Assembly (NCBI GenBank): GCA_016286145.1
Contig: JAEESD010000001.1
Coordinates: forward strand, 1,057 to 65,056
Direction of reading: 5' to 3'
DNA: 64,000 bases
Source of the DNA: Bacteroidales bacterium
GTDB taxonomy: Bacteria > Bacteroidota > Bacteroidia > Bacteroidales > UBA932
The position numbers and the translations under genes are program-made. Under the pieces are notes generated by a model. It was given only the letters and a program-made list of their open reading frames with translations, did no database searches and had not been told where the DNA came from. Position 1 is the stretch's first letter. Each line of letters begins with the position of its first letter. Of the stretch, positions 37,971 to 48,852 are shown one piece after another.

Positions 37971-40900
37971 ATGATTAACACTAAACGCCACAAAATGAGA
38001 TTCCTGTTGGCAGTGTTGACTCTCTTCCTTACCGCGGCTCAGGCCTTTGCCCAGACGCAGATAACCGGTAAGGTAACGAGTGCTGCCGGCCCGGAGCCGG
38101 GAGTCATAGTTTTCGTTAAAGGAAATGCCGGAAGCGGAACTATGACAGATGCCGACGGAAGCTATTTCATTACGGTCAAAGGCCCCGATGAGATCCTGGT
38201 CTACAGCCTTATGGGCTACAAAGAGCAGGAAATCAAGGTCGGCAACCGGACTAAAATCGACGTGGTCCTCGAAGAAGACGAGAATGTCCTGCAGGAGGTT
38301 CTCGTTGTCGGTTATGGAACCCAGAAAAAGGAATTCGTAGTTGGTTCCGTATCGCAGGTAGGCAGTAAGGACCTTCTGAAAGCCCCGAATACCAATGTCA
38401 GTACGATGCTCGCCGGCCGCCTTGCCGGTATGACCGCAGTGCAGACTACCGGTATCCCGGGCGGCGATGCCGCATCTCTGCTCGTTCGCGGTACCTCGAC
38501 CTTCAATGACTCATCGCCTCTTATCCTGGTAGACGGAGTAGAGCGCTCGATCCAATACATTAACCCTAACGATATCGAGACGGTCTCCATCCTCAAGGAT
38601 GCAGCGACCGCCGCTATCTACGGCGTCCGCGGCGCAAACGGCGTCATCGTGGTTACTACCAAGAGCGGAAACAGGGGAAAGGCGCAGATAGTCTACGACG
38701 GTTCGGCCTCGTTCGACACCAACACCGTCACCCCGGAACTTCTTACTGCAGACGAGTATATTTACTGGCACAACAAGGCCCGCGAGATGGATAACCAGGC
38801 CCCGTTCTGGACCCCTGAGCGTATCCAGAGCCTCAAGGACCGCGGCCTTTATGCAGACACAGACAACTGGGCCCTCATCTACAACAACTTCGGTCTTACC
38901 CGCCAGCACAACCTCTCCGCCAGCGGCGGAACAGACAAGTTCAAGTACTTCACCTCGGTGGGCTACATGAACCAGCAGGGTATCCTGAAGAACACTTCGC
39001 TGGAGCGATACAACGTCCGCGCAAACCTGGACGCCCAGCTCAGCAAGGGCCTTCACTACAACGTCAACCTCTCCGCGGCTAATTCAGCCAGAATCTGGCC
39101 CGGCCTCAGCATGCGCGACAACAAAGGAAAGGGAACCTGGCAGGGCGAGTTCTCGCCGCTGCGTCAGGCATGCTACGCAATTCCTATTCTCGCCACTGAG
39201 TACAACGGACTTCCGCTCGGATACACAAACGGAACTTACACTTACACTCCTCTTGCCGCCCTCAACACCGGTTATCAGACCGAAGACAGGTGGATGGCCG
39301 AAGTCCGCTCCAACCTCGAATACGACTTCTCAGCCCTCGGCCTTGAGATACTTAAGGGCCTTAAAGCCGGAGTCAACCTGGCTTACAACTTCGATTATAC
39401 GCTGAACCGCAATTATCTGGAGAGTTTCCAACTTATGCAGTACAGCGCTACTACCGATGAAGTTGTCGAGAAGACCTCTCTCGGAATTGGCGAGAACAAT
39501 TTCAACAAGTCCCATTCGATGGGCTACAACCTTACGATCCGTCCGCAGGTTACCTACGACCGCGATCTTGGAAAACACCACATCACAGGGCTGTTCTTCA
39601 TCGAGCGCTACAATTACCACGGCGATACGATGACCGGTTACAAGACCGGCTTTGCCGAAGGATCTCCCGTGGACCTCAACCTCGGCCAGACCTTCACCAG
39701 CACCCCGGTTTCGGGCGGCTACAGCAATTCGGGCCGCGTCGGCGCCGCGGGTCGCCTCAGCTATGCCTACGATAAGCGCTATCTCGCCGAGGCGACGCTC
39801 CGCGCCGACGCCTCCTACAAGTTCGCCCCTGAGAACAGATGGGGTTACTTCCCGTCTCTGGCTCTCGGTTGGGTGATCTCCGAGGAAGAGTGGATGCAGG
39901 ACCTTTCCTGGCTGAACTTCCTGAAGCTCCGCGCATCTGCCGGTATTCTTGGCCGCGACGATACTGAGGCCTACCTCTATATGCAGACCTACAGATCGAC
40001 TTCGCCGAATACTACTCTCTATATCAACGGCTCGCCGACTTCGATCTACTACACTTCCAACTATGTCTACGACAACCTTACCTGGTCCCGCACCAATACC
40101 TACAACGTAGGCTATGAGATGAGGGCCTTCGGAAACAGGCTGTCCGTAGAACTGGACGTCTTCTACAAACTTACATCCCGAATTCTCGAGTACGACGACA
40201 CAGGCTTCTACGCCCCTTCGCTCGGCGGTAATAACCCCGTATGGATGAATACCGGTAAGGTAGACAACCGCGGTTTCGATATGACCGTCAGCTGGGGAGA
40301 CGCTTTCGCGAGCGGATGGAGCTACACCGTAACCGGCATCCTTGGCTGGTCCCGCAACAAGCTCATCTCCAGGCGCCTGTCAGACTCCTACCCGTCTTAC
40401 CGCGCTCAGCTCGGTCAGCCGATGGGTTCGTACTACGGTTTCCACGCCCTCGGCCTCTTCCAGACTCAGGAAGAAGTCGACCAGGCTCCAACCGCCCCTA
40501 CCGGCTATACCGAAGTTGGAGCTATCAAGTATCAGGACGTCAACGGCGACGGAAAGATCAGCTCGACCGAAGACTTCGTAAAGATCGGTCGCTCCAGTAC
40601 CCCTGAGATGACCTTCTCGCTCAACTTCGACGTCGCCTACAAGGGCCTGTCGCTGAGCATGCTCCTCCAGGGCGCAACGCTTTGCGACTACGTCCTTTGC
40701 GGAACATGGGCCAACGACAATATGGATAACACAATGTACACCCGCGCCTTCTACGGCGGCGGAAATACCCTGCGCTATTTGGTGGCCGACGCCTGGACTC
40801 CGGAAAATACCGGAGCACATTATCCCCGCCTGTCCGCCAGTACGAATGCCAACAACGCCTGGCTCTCCGACTGGTGGGTTCGCGACGGCTCTTACCTCCG

Positions 40901-41105
40901 AGTGAAGAACGCCCAGCTCGCCTACGACTTCCCGTCGAAGTGGTTCGAGAAGATGCCTATCTCGAGCTGCAGGGTGTTCCTTGCCGGAACCAACCTTCTT
41001 ACTTTCTCGTCGTTCAAATACATCGACCCCGAGAATCCCGGTATCAACAACGGCTACTATCCTCAGCAGAGGACAGTCAGCCTCGGAGCCAAGGTAACAT
41101 TCTAA
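37971..41105 (+). CDS. susC: SusC/RagA TonB-dependent transporter
   Basis: VVGYGTQKK, ILKDAATAAIYGVRGANGVIVVTTK, YQDVNGDGKI, terminal Phe. Confidence 0.95.
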   Translation: MINTKRHKMRFLLAVLTLFLTAAQAFAQTQITGKVTSAAGPEPGVIVFVKGNAGSGTMTDADGSYFITVKGPDEILVYSLMGYKEQEIKVGNRTKIDVVLEEDENVLQEVLVVGYGTQKKEFVVGSVSQVGSKDLLKAPNTNVSTMLAGRLAGMTAVQTTGIPGGDAASLLVRGTSTFNDSSPLILVDGVERSIQYINPNDIETVSILKDAATAAIYGVRGANGVIVVTTKSGNRGKAQIVYDGSASFDTNTVTPELLTADEYIYWHNKAREMDNQAPFWTPERIQSLKDRGLYADTDNWALIYNNFGLTRQHNLSASGGTDKFKYFTSVGYMNQQGILKNTSLERYNVRANLDAQLSKGLHYNVNLSAANSARIWPGLSMRDNKGKGTWQGEFSPLRQACYAIPILATEYNGLPLGYTNGTYTYTPLAALNTGYQTEDRWMAEVRSNLEYDFSALGLEILKGLKAGVNLAYNFDYTLNRNYLESFQLMQYSATTDEVVEKTSLGIGENNFNKSHSMGYNLTIRPQVTYDRDLGKHHITGLFFIERYNYHGDTMTGYKTGFAEGSPVDLNLGQTFTSTPVSGGYSNSGRVGAAGRLSYAYDKRYLAEATLRADASYKFAPENRWGYFPSLALGWVISEEEWMQDLSWLNFLKLRASAGILGRDDTEAYLYMQTYRSTSPNTTLYINGSPTSIYYTSNYVYDNLTWSRTNTYNVGYEMRAFGNRLSVELDVFYKLTSRILEYDDTGFYAPSLGGNNPVWMNTGKVDNRGFDMTVSWGDAFASGWSYTVTGILGWSRNKLISRRLSDSYPSYRAQLGQPMGSYYGFHALGLFQTQEEVDQAPTAPTGYTEVGAIKYQDVNGDGKISSTEDFVKIGRSSTPEMTFSLNFDVAYKGLSLSMLLQGATLCDYVLCGTWANDNMDNTMYTRAFYGGGNTLRYLVADAWTPENTGAHYPRLSASTNANNAWLSDWWVRDGSYLRVKNAQLAYDFPSKWFEKMPISSCRVFLAGTNLLTFSSFKYIDPENPGINNGYYPQQRTVSLGAKVTF

Positions 41106-41121
41106 AAAGGAGGACAAAGCA

Positions 41122-42804
41122 ATGAAATACAGCATAATCTCTAAAGCAATCATAGTGGCGGCCGCAGCGCTTGCCCTTACCTCCTGCAAGGAGTGGCTGG
41201 ACGGAGCCCTCGATATCGAGCCGTCGGATCGCTACTCGCCCGGTGCGGTGTGGTCCAGCGAGGCCAATGCCGACCGTTATCTTCTCGGCATCTACAACTT
41301 CGTCAAAGAGAATCAGGGTACGGTCGGAGGCGACAGCAACTGTGCTACCTTCTGGGACGCATATTCAGACCTTATCAAATCCAACTCCTGGAACCAGTAT
41401 AACCACCCGTACAATTCCGGCTTCTGCCAGGGTCCCTGGAACGGCCAGAACGCGGGAGTGTTCGAGTGTTGGAGCGACTGCTACACCCGTATCCGCCGCT
41501 GCAACGAGTTCCTTCGCGACGTTCCTACCTACGGCGCATCTCTCAGCCCGGACTATGTACAGACCCGTTCGGCCGAAATGAAGTGTCTGCGCGCCTACAT
41601 CTACTTCAAACTGATGAAGATCTACGGCAAGTGTGTCATCCGTGACGCTGTAGACGGCCCCGAACAGAACGATAAAGCGCTCGCAACCCCGGACGAGGTC
41701 TGGGACTTCATCGAAGCAGACCTTCGCGAAGCGGGCAGCAACATCCGCAAGAACCAGCCTCGCGGACGCATCACTCGCGCATATGCGTGGGGCCTGCTTT
41801 CGACCGCGGCTCTCTACGCCCAGCGTTGGGATCTCGTCATCGAGGCCGCTGACTCCTGCGAAGCCTACGGCGGAACTCTCGACACGAGCTACGAAAACAT
41901 TTTCGCAGACATCGACAGCCCCGAACACCTTCTGACCTTCGAGTTCGTCCAGAACAAGCTGACTCACCGCGCCGACGTCTTCTTCCGCCCTCTGGGCGAC
42001 GGCGCATCGGACGGCAAACACCCCGGCGCGAACGTCTATGCCGTTTTCGGCCCCACCTCCGAGCTCGTAGATAGCTACGAGATGGCAGATGGAACTCCGT
42101 TTGACTGGACCACCCACGGCGCGGATCCATACACCGGCCGCGAGCCCCGCTTCTACGCCAGCATCCTCTTCAACGGCGCAGACTGGGAAGGTCGCAAGAT
42201 CGAGACCTTCGTCAGCGCGGATACTACCGTGTTCAAGGACGGTAAGGACAAGATCGTGGAGTTCAACACCTCCGGTGCGGCGGGTTCGACCGTGACGGGC
42301 TACTATCTCAAGAAGTTCATCACCGAGAACCAGACAGGATGGGAGAAATACGGTAGCGACCATTTCGCAATCGCTATGCGCTTCGCGGAGGTCGTGCTCA
42401 ACAAGGCTGAGGCCTATGCTCAGAAGAACGACTTTGTCAACGCCAATATCCAGCTCAACCGCATCCGCGGCAGGGTGGGACTGCCCGACAAGGGTGGAGC
42501 AGACCTCGAGTCCGTGATGGCGGACATCAAACACGAAAGGATGGTCGAGCTCGCGGGCGAGGGCCAGCGCTTCTGGGATCTCCGCCGCTGGAAAGACGCG
42601 GTCGAAGTTATCAACCAGAAGAACTTCCACGGCTGTTGGATTACAAAGAACACCGACGGAACCCTTACCTACAAGCAGGTCAACTGCGACGGCGCCGGGA
42701 AGATCCACACCTTCCTTGAGAGTTACTACGCATTCTCGCTCCCTCTGACAGAAATCAACAACAACGGAGCGATAGACCTTACAGACAATAACCCCGGATG
42801 GTAA
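41122..42804 (+). CDS. susD: SusD/RagB lipoprotein
   Basis: LTSC lipobox; RFAEVVLNKAEA, ERMVELAGEGQRFWDLRRW, NPGW. Confidence 0.95.
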   Translation: MKYSIISKAIIVAAAALALTSCKEWLDGALDIEPSDRYSPGAVWSSEANADRYLLGIYNFVKENQGTVGGDSNCATFWDAYSDLIKSNSWNQYNHPYNSGFCQGPWNGQNAGVFECWSDCYTRIRRCNEFLRDVPTYGASLSPDYVQTRSAEMKCLRAYIYFKLMKIYGKCVIRDAVDGPEQNDKALATPDEVWDFIEADLREAGSNIRKNQPRGRITRAYAWGLLSTAALYAQRWDLVIEAADSCEAYGGTLDTSYENIFADIDSPEHLLTFEFVQNKLTHRADVFFRPLGDGASDGKHPGANVYAVFGPTSELVDSYEMADGTPFDWTTHGADPYTGREPRFYASILFNGADWEGRKIETFVSADTTVFKDGKDKIVEFNTSGAAGSTVTGYYLKKFITENQTGWEKYGSDHFAIAMRFAEVVLNKAEAYAQKNDFVNANIQLNRIRGRVGLPDKGGADLESVMADIKHERMVELAGEGQRFWDLRRWKDAVEVINQKNFHGCWITKNTDGTLTYKQVNCDGAGKIHTFLESYYAFSLPLTEINNNGAIDLTDNNPGW

Positions 42805-42817
42805 AAGACACAGAACA

Positions 42818-43249
42818 ATGAAAAGGATATTTATAGCAATTATAGCAGTGGCGGCCCTAATGCTGGGCGCCTCCTCGTGTGCCAAGCCAGATGAGGATTT
42901 CGTCCACGACAACGCCAACATCAGCGCCATCTATATCTGCACTACGCAGAAAGATGCCACCGGCAAGGAAAAGTCCGACAAATTCTCCGGAGTTATCGAC
43001 CAGGATGCCGGAACAATTCAGTTCACTATCCCCAAGGCCAATCGTAAGGATATAGACCTGACGGCGGTAAAACTCAGGGCCAATGTCGGTCTTGACGCCT
43101 ATGTAAAAGTTACAAAAGAACTCGGAAAGGACGTAGACCGTACCCTTTACGGTATCCACGACATTACCGAGGGAATAGACCTTACCGTTACCGCAAAGAT
43201 GACGGGAAGAACGAAAGATTATCACCTGACAGCTAAAATTGAAAAATAA
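42818..43249 (+). CDS. PUL-associated small lipoprotein (DUF5018-like)
   Basis: SSC lipobox; Ig-like pattern; position directly after susD. Confidence 0.65.
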   Translation: MKRIFIAIIAVAALMLGASSCAKPDEDFVHDNANISAIYICTTQKDATGKEKSDKFSGVIDQDAGTIQFTIPKANRKDIDLTAVKLRANVGLDAYVKVTKELGKDVDRTLYGIHDITEGIDLTVTAKMTGRTKDYHLTAKIEK

Positions 43250-43267
43250 CCAACAACCAATTCTATT

Positions 43268-44755
43268 ATGAAAACGACAAAATTATTTCTTGCAGCATTA
43301 GCCTTTATCGGCATGCTTGCTTCATGTGGTCCGGAGGAGAAACCGGACAATGGTGGAGAGACTCCGGAGCCCGAAGTAAAGAGCACCGAGTGTCGTCTTA
43401 CCGCCTTCACCGTCACGGCCGGTGATTTCGAAATCGAAGGTTTTATCGATCAGACCGATAAGACTATCGAGCTCTCCTATATGCCAAACCAGTTCGCCGC
43501 TCTTACCGCGGCAACCGCAGAGGTAAAAATTTCTGACAAGGCTACCATCAGCCCTGACCCTACAGTCGCCCGCGACTATACCGGAGAGGGTGGAGTAGAG
43601 TTTACCGTTACCGCGGAGGACGGAGAGACAACCAATGTCTATACCGTTTATGCTGCAGCGGCAGAGGTTTCCGTAAAGGTTGAGAAAAAGTGGTCCAAGA
43701 CCTATGGTCAGATGGGCCTTGCTGCTTCTACCTCCAATATGTGTGGCCTCGGTTTCGTAGACCGTGAGCATTTCGCCACCTCCGACTTCAATGTCTATGA
43801 CCTCGAAGGCAATAAGGTTGGCACCCTCAACATTGACGGCATCCCTGGTTTCGATGTTTATTCGGGACAGCTCGGCGCTATGAGTAATGATGAGAATGGT
43901 GTCCTGGTAGCTTTTGTCGAGTACAATGGAACATACGCCTCCGGCGATCCGGGAGTTATCACCGAGACCTGGGCCTGGCTCGACGGATGGGACAAGGCTC
44001 CTACCAAGATATATTCCTTCGAGTATGGCTGCAACTATATGTCCGTTTCCGGAGATGTAAAGGGTGACTTCATCCTTGCTTTCCGTACCGGTGCTGCAGT
44101 TCCTCAGATGCACCACGTCCTCGTATTCAAGGGCGGTAAGTATTGGGGCGAAGACGGCAAGTCCGCTGCTTCCTGGAACGGACCGTTCATCCAGCATCCC
44201 GGTAACGACGGCTGCTGGGGCCAGCTCCTTTCGTTCTTCTCCGCAGATCCTGAGGATGGATTCGTTTGCTGGGACTCCTTAGCAGCTGCCGAGTACGGCG
44301 AAACCGGCAATGCTTCTTCCGCATTCTATGTCTATGAGAGCCTCTCAAGCGTCCTGAACGGCTCTGCCGAGGAACTTCCTCTCTACGGCCAGGTCAACTG
44401 GACCATTTGGGACAGCGAAGGCCGCCTCTACAACTATGGCAACTTCTCTACCGGCCATGTCCGCGCATTCAAGTACAACGGCGAAAAGTGTATCATCGCC
44501 TGCTCGGGTTCCTGGCCTTGCAACTGGATTACTATCCAGAAGGCTGAGAACATCGTTGAGGATGATCCTGAGACCGACGAAGTAGACGAGTACGAGGCCA
44601 ACTACCTGCTCCCTACAGACCGTATCGACGATGCTGCACAGTGCTATCCTTGCTGCGCATACGTTTACGATCCTGCAACCGGAACCGGCCACGTCGTCTA
44701 TGCGGCTCAGTCTTCTGCAGTTCTTGCATACGACATCGTTACCACGGTACTCTAG
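43268..44755 (+). CDS. PUL surface glycan-binding-like lipoprotein (DUF5018-like N-terminus)
   Basis: ASC lipobox; ATISPDP...FTVTAEDG...Y motif. Confidence 0.7.
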   Translation: MKTTKLFLAALAFIGMLASCGPEEKPDNGGETPEPEVKSTECRLTAFTVTAGDFEIEGFIDQTDKTIELSYMPNQFAALTAATAEVKISDKATISPDPTVARDYTGEGGVEFTVTAEDGETTNVYTVYAAAAEVSVKVEKKWSKTYGQMGLAASTSNMCGLGFVDREHFATSDFNVYDLEGNKVGTLNIDGIPGFDVYSGQLGAMSNDENGVLVAFVEYNGTYASGDPGVITETWAWLDGWDKAPTKIYSFEYGCNYMSVSGDVKGDFILAFRTGAAVPQMHHVLVFKGGKYWGEDGKSAASWNGPFIQHPGNDGCWGQLLSFFSADPEDGFVCWDSLAAAEYGETGNASSAFYVYESLSSVLNGSAEELPLYGQVNWTIWDSEGRLYNYGNFSTGHVRAFKYNGEKCIIACSGSWPCNWITIQKAENIVEDDPETDEVDEYEANYLLPTDRIDDAAQCYPCCAYVYDPATGTGHVVYAAQSSAVLAYDIVTTVL

Positions 44756-44761
44756 GCCTGA

Positions 44762-45943
44762 ATGAAAAAATTAATTTTCGGCCTGTTTTCCGCACTTATG
44801 CTTCTGGCTTCCTGCGCCCCTCAGGGCGGCGCAGAGAAGCCTAAGTATATGTGGATGGCGATAGATAACCACGCCCGGCTTTCTACCCGCGATTCTGTAG
44901 TCTACTACCTTGACAAATGTAAGGACACCGGTTTCAACTGGGCCGTCCTGGATGTCAGGGGGTGTGACGGAATTATGTATCTTGACAATGTTCAGATGTT
45001 TATCGAGGAAGCCCATAAACGTGGGATGAAAGTCTCAATCGCCGCAACTATCTTCCCGGCCGGTTCGCCCTACTGGCACCGTGGACTAGTCTATGACGAT
45101 CCCGCAATCAGCAGGCTTACCTGTACGATGTATACTCCGGAGGGATTCAAGAAGATCGAGGATATGAAAACAGAGGTGGCGGCTTTCCTGAACCCGCTAC
45201 TCCCACAGTCCCAGGAGATAGCGATGCAGAACATCAAGACTATCTTCGAGAGCTGCGATCTTGACGGTTTTGCCCTCGATTACTGCCGCTTCCCGAGCGC
45301 CCAGGCCGATTTCTCTCCCGAGACCCGCGCGGCTTTCGAGAAGTATGTGGGGATGCCCCTCGAGCGCTGGCCCGAGGATGTGTTCTCATATGCTGCAGAC
45401 GGCAGCCGTATCCCCGGAAAGTATTACAAGCAGTGGTGGAAGTTCCGCTCACAGATCATCTCCGATTTCGTAGGAAAGGTCAAGGCCTGGAAAGATGAGA
45501 ACTATCCTGAGGTTGAGCTTGAGTATTGGGCCGGCAGCTGGCTCCACGCCCTTTATGGGAATGGCCAGAACTGGGCTTCGAAGAAGGCCGATTATTGGAA
45601 GGAGTTCGACTGGGCCGCACCCGACTATGGCGAGACTGGAATGGCGGAGAACCTGGATGTCTTTATGACCGGGGCCTACCTCCTGAAGGTGTGGGATATC
45701 AATGACCCCGAGTCGATGGAGTATGCGATGATGCGCTCCAACCGCGATGTAGCCGGTGCCTGCAAGATGGTTGGCTCGTTCCAGATTTGCAACCCTATCG
45801 ATCTGGCAGACGCCGCATACGTCTGCCTGACCCAATCCGAGGGAATGATGGCCTTCGATATGTGCCACACCTTCGGTAAACCCGAAGCCTGGGATGCCCT
45901 GAAAAGGGGTATCGCCCGCGCAGAGGGAAGAAAAGTTAAATGA
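44762..45943 (+). CDS. GHL10-family lipoprotein
   Basis: FLNP, DGFALDYCRF, ADFS, GQNWAS. Confidence 0.8.
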   Translation: MKKLIFGLFSALMLLASCAPQGGAEKPKYMWMAIDNHARLSTRDSVVYYLDKCKDTGFNWAVLDVRGCDGIMYLDNVQMFIEEAHKRGMKVSIAATIFPAGSPYWHRGLVYDDPAISRLTCTMYTPEGFKKIEDMKTEVAAFLNPLLPQSQEIAMQNIKTIFESCDLDGFALDYCRFPSAQADFSPETRAAFEKYVGMPLERWPEDVFSYAADGSRIPGKYYKQWWKFRSQIISDFVGKVKAWKDENYPEVELEYWAGSWLHALYGNGQNWASKKADYWKEFDWAAPDYGETGMAENLDVFMTGAYLLKVWDINDPESMEYAMMRSNRDVAGACKMVGSFQICNPIDLADAAYVCLTQSEGMMAFDMCHTFGKPEAWDALKRGIARAEGRKVK

Positions 45944-47337
45944 TGAGAAATAAGATAGTTTATGTCCTTCTTGCCGCCGCGCTGGTGTTCAGTTGCGGCG
46001 AGCCGAGCGTGAAGCCGACACCGATAGATGTCGACCCCAACGATACGATATCGAAACCCGATACGACGATTGTCGATCCGGTCGATTCGAACTATATTGC
46101 CCCAGGTGATACGGTTCGCGAGAAGCCGCTTGTGATGTGGATAGACGCATCGGCTAATTTTCAGCGCTTCGCGCAGAAAAAGGACATCAAGGCCATCCTC
46201 AAGAAGGCAAAGAGCTATGGCATCAACGGAATTGTTGTGGGCGTAAAGCCTGGAAATGGACGTGCTCTATACGAGAGCGAGTTCCTGCAGCCCTGCGTGA
46301 CCCTGGGAGGGACTACCGTTGAGAGGGACTACGACTATCTCGAATTCATTCTTCAGACGGCTAAAGAGCTTGGGATGAGGGTCGAGGCATCGGCTTCCGT
46401 AATGGTGATGGGCGAGAACTCCCGTCGCTATGGGACTTTGTTCGACGACGATTATTTCAAGGAGCTCGAATGTGTTGAGTATCTGCCCGACGGCCTCCAC
46501 AAAATCAGTGAGACCGGCGAGTTCGGCGCAATAAACCCGGCTCACCCTAAGACGGTCGCCTATGTCAAGAGGATGCTGACCGAGATGTTCTCCAATCCGA
46601 AGTATGCGGCCCTGGACGGCTTTGTCCTGGACTACTGCCGCTATATGGATTACAACAGCGACTTCTCGGATTATTCCAGGTCTGCCTTTGAGGATTATAT
46701 AGGGAAGCCGGTCGACAATTGGCCGAACGATATTTACTACTTCAAGACTCCCGAGACAAAGAAAGGCGACTTTACTCCCGGACCGCTATTCAATCAGTGG
46801 ATAGAGTGGAGGGCGAAGGTAATCCACGATGTAGTCGCCGAGTGCCGCTCGGCCATCAAGGCTGTCCGCCCGGATGCCGACCTGTCTGTCTGGGCCGCTG
46901 CCTGGTACCCGCTGCCCCACACCGGCCAGAACTGGGGAAGTTCGAAGTACACCCTGGTAGACAGCTACTGGTGGGCTACCAAGACTTACCACACTACCGG
47001 TTACGCTGATCAGCTGGATTATTTCCAGCTCGGCGCCTACTACAGCAAGGTTTCCGGCTATTCTGGAAGTGATACTATCGAGTACTCGATCAATGTGTCC
47101 AAGCAAATCCTGAAGGGAGATTGCCCTATGTGGGGAACCTTCTCGGTTGCCTCCCAAAAGTTCGACGTAGAGTCGGCTGTAAAGCTTTGCCTTACAAAGA
47201 CAGACGGATGTATGGTCTTCGACCTTTGCCACATCTCCAACTTCCAGCATTGGAAAAAGATCAAAGCCGGCGCAGACGCGGCCTGGGAAGAATTGGGAGT
47301 CAATTCTCCGCTTAAATCCAAACAATTCCCCGAATAA
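45940..47337 (+). CDS. GHL10-family lipoprotein
   Basis: MWIDASANF, INPAHP, DGFVLDYCRY, DFSDYSR, GQNWGS. Confidence 0.8.
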   Translation: MMRNKIVYVLLAAALVFSCGEPSVKPTPIDVDPNDTISKPDTTIVDPVDSNYIAPGDTVREKPLVMWIDASANFQRFAQKKDIKAILKKAKSYGINGIVVGVKPGNGRALYESEFLQPCVTLGGTTVERDYDYLEFILQTAKELGMRVEASASVMVMGENSRRYGTLFDDDYFKELECVEYLPDGLHKISETGEFGAINPAHPKTVAYVKRMLTEMFSNPKYAALDGFVLDYCRYMDYNSDFSDYSRSAFEDYIGKPVDNWPNDIYYFKTPETKKGDFTPGPLFNQWIEWRAKVIHDVVAECRSAIKAVRPDADLSVWAAAWYPLPHTGQNWGSSKYTLVDSYWWATKTYHTTGYADQLDYFQLGAYYSKVSGYSGSDTIEYSINVSKQILKGDCPMWGTFSVASQKFDVESAVKLCLTKTDGCMVFDLCHISNFQHWKKIKAGADAAWEELGVNSPLKSKQFPE

Positions 47338-47345
47338 TGTTATCT

Positions 47346-47403
47346 TTGTCATGCCCGGCCTCGACCGGGCATCTTAGACCCCCGATCAGGTCGGGGGTGA
47401 CAA
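47346..47403. repeat. Short composite palindromic element (GTCA...TGAC type)
   Basis: ttgtca tgcccgg cctcga ccgggca ... acccccga tcagg tcgggggt gacaa. Confidence 0.7.
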
Positions 47404-47409
47404 ACTGAA

Positions 47410-48852
47410 ATGGATGAAGCGCTGAAGGAAATAACCTCCAAGCAGTATAAGGAGGGCTTTGTGACGGATGTCGAGCAGGAGTATGTGCCGAAAGGCCTCT
47501 CCGAGCAGATCATCCGTCAGATTTCTGCTATAAAGCAGGAGCCCGAGTGGCTGCTGGAGTTCCGTCTGGATGCTTTCAGAAAGTGGCAGAAGATGACGCC
47601 CCCTACCTGGGGACATCTGGATCTGCCCGAAATAGATTTCCAGGATATTATTTACTACGCCGCCCCTAAGAAGGACTCCGAGCGCCCGAAAGAGATCGAT
47701 CCCGCGTTGCAGGAGACCTTCGATAAGCTCGGTATTCCGCTTAGCGAGAGGGAAGTGTTGGCGGGGGTGAAGTCGAAGGTCGCCGTGGACGCGGTGTTCG
47801 ACAGCGTAAGCGTTACGACTACCTTCCGTAAGACTCTCGCGGAGAAGGGCATTATCTTCTGCTCATTCTCTGAGGCGGTGCGCGAACACCCGGATCTCGT
47901 CCGCAAGTATCTGGCGACTGTAGTCCCGTCTGGTGATAATTTCTACGCTGCGCTCAATAGCGCCGTCTTTTCCGACGGCTCGTTCTGCTATATTCCGAAG
48001 GGCGTGAAATGCCCGATGGACCTGTCTAGCTACTTCCGCATCAACGCGAGCGGTACGGGCCAGTTCGAGCGCACGCTCATCGTGGCCGACGAGGGCTCGC
48101 AGGTCAGCTACATGGAGGGATGTACAGCTCCGATGCGCGACGAGCATCAGCTCCATGCCGCTGTCGTCGAGATAATAGTCGAAGCAGGCGCAGACGTACG
48201 CTACAGTACGGTTCAGAACTGGTATCCCGGTGACGAAAATGGTCGCGGAGGTATCCTGAATCTCGTCACAAAACGCGGAATTTGCCGTGGCGAAGGAGCC
48301 CACCTCAGCTGGACTCAGGTCGAAACCGGCTCAGCGATTACCTGGAAATATCCCTCTACTATTTTGAAAGGCGACAACAGCTCTTCGGAGTTCTATAGCG
48401 TCGCCCTTACGAATAACTACCAGCAGGCAGACACCGGAACCAAGATGATCCACCTCGGGCGCGGGACGAAAAGCCGCATAGTCTCGAAGGGAATCAGCGC
48501 TGGGCATAGCCAGAATTCATACCGCGGACTTGTCCGCATGAATTCGGGCGCCACCGGCGCGCGGAACTACTCGCAGTGTGACTCGCTCCTTATCGGATCG
48601 CTCTGCGGAGCACATACCTTCCCGGTTATCCAGAACGCCTGCCCCGGAGCAATAGTCGAACACGAAGCTACAACCTCCAAGATAAGCGAAGATCAGCTGT
48701 TCTACTGCAACCAGAGGGGCATAGCCCCCGAAGAAGCGGTAGGCCTCATCGTCAACGGCTACGCGAAGGAAGTCCTCAGCCGGCTTCCGATGGAATTCGC
48801 GGTAGAAGCCCAGAAACTTTTGTCGGTATCCCTCGAAGGGTCAATAGGATGA
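47410..48852 (+). CDS. sufB: Fe-S cluster assembly protein SufB
   Basis: [41 protein letters not shown]. Confidence 0.97.
   Translation: MDEALKEITSKQYKEGFVTDVEQEYVPKGLSEQIIRQISAIKQEPEWLLEFRLDAFRKWQKMTPPTWGHLDLPEIDFQDIIYYAAPKKDSERPKEIDPALQETFDKLGIPLSEREVLAGVKSKVAVDAVFDSVSVTTTFRKTLAEKGIIFCSFSEAVREHPDLVRKYLATVVPSGDNFYAALNSAVFSDGSFCYIPKGVKCPMDLSSYFRINASGTGQFERTLIVADEGSQVSYMEGCTAPMRDEHQLHAAVVEIIVEAGADVRYSTVQNWYPGDENGRGGILNLVTKRGICRGEGAHLSWTQVETGSAITWKYPSTILKGDNSSSEFYSVALTNNYQQADTGTKMIHLGRGTKSRIVSKGISAGHSQNSYRGLVRMNSGATGARNYSQCDSLLIGSLCGAHTFPVIQNACPGAIVEHEATTSKISEDQLFYCNQRGIAPEEAVGLIVNGYAKEVLSRLPMEFAVEAQKLLSVSLEGSIG

Noticed and set aside
41365-42930. 521-aa minus-strand ORF, and other long antisense ORFs such as 6250-7194, 10136-11122, 55116-56264 and 57330-58259
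   Set aside because: Shadow frames of well-supported genes in GC-rich, codon-biased DNA; no recognisable motifs.
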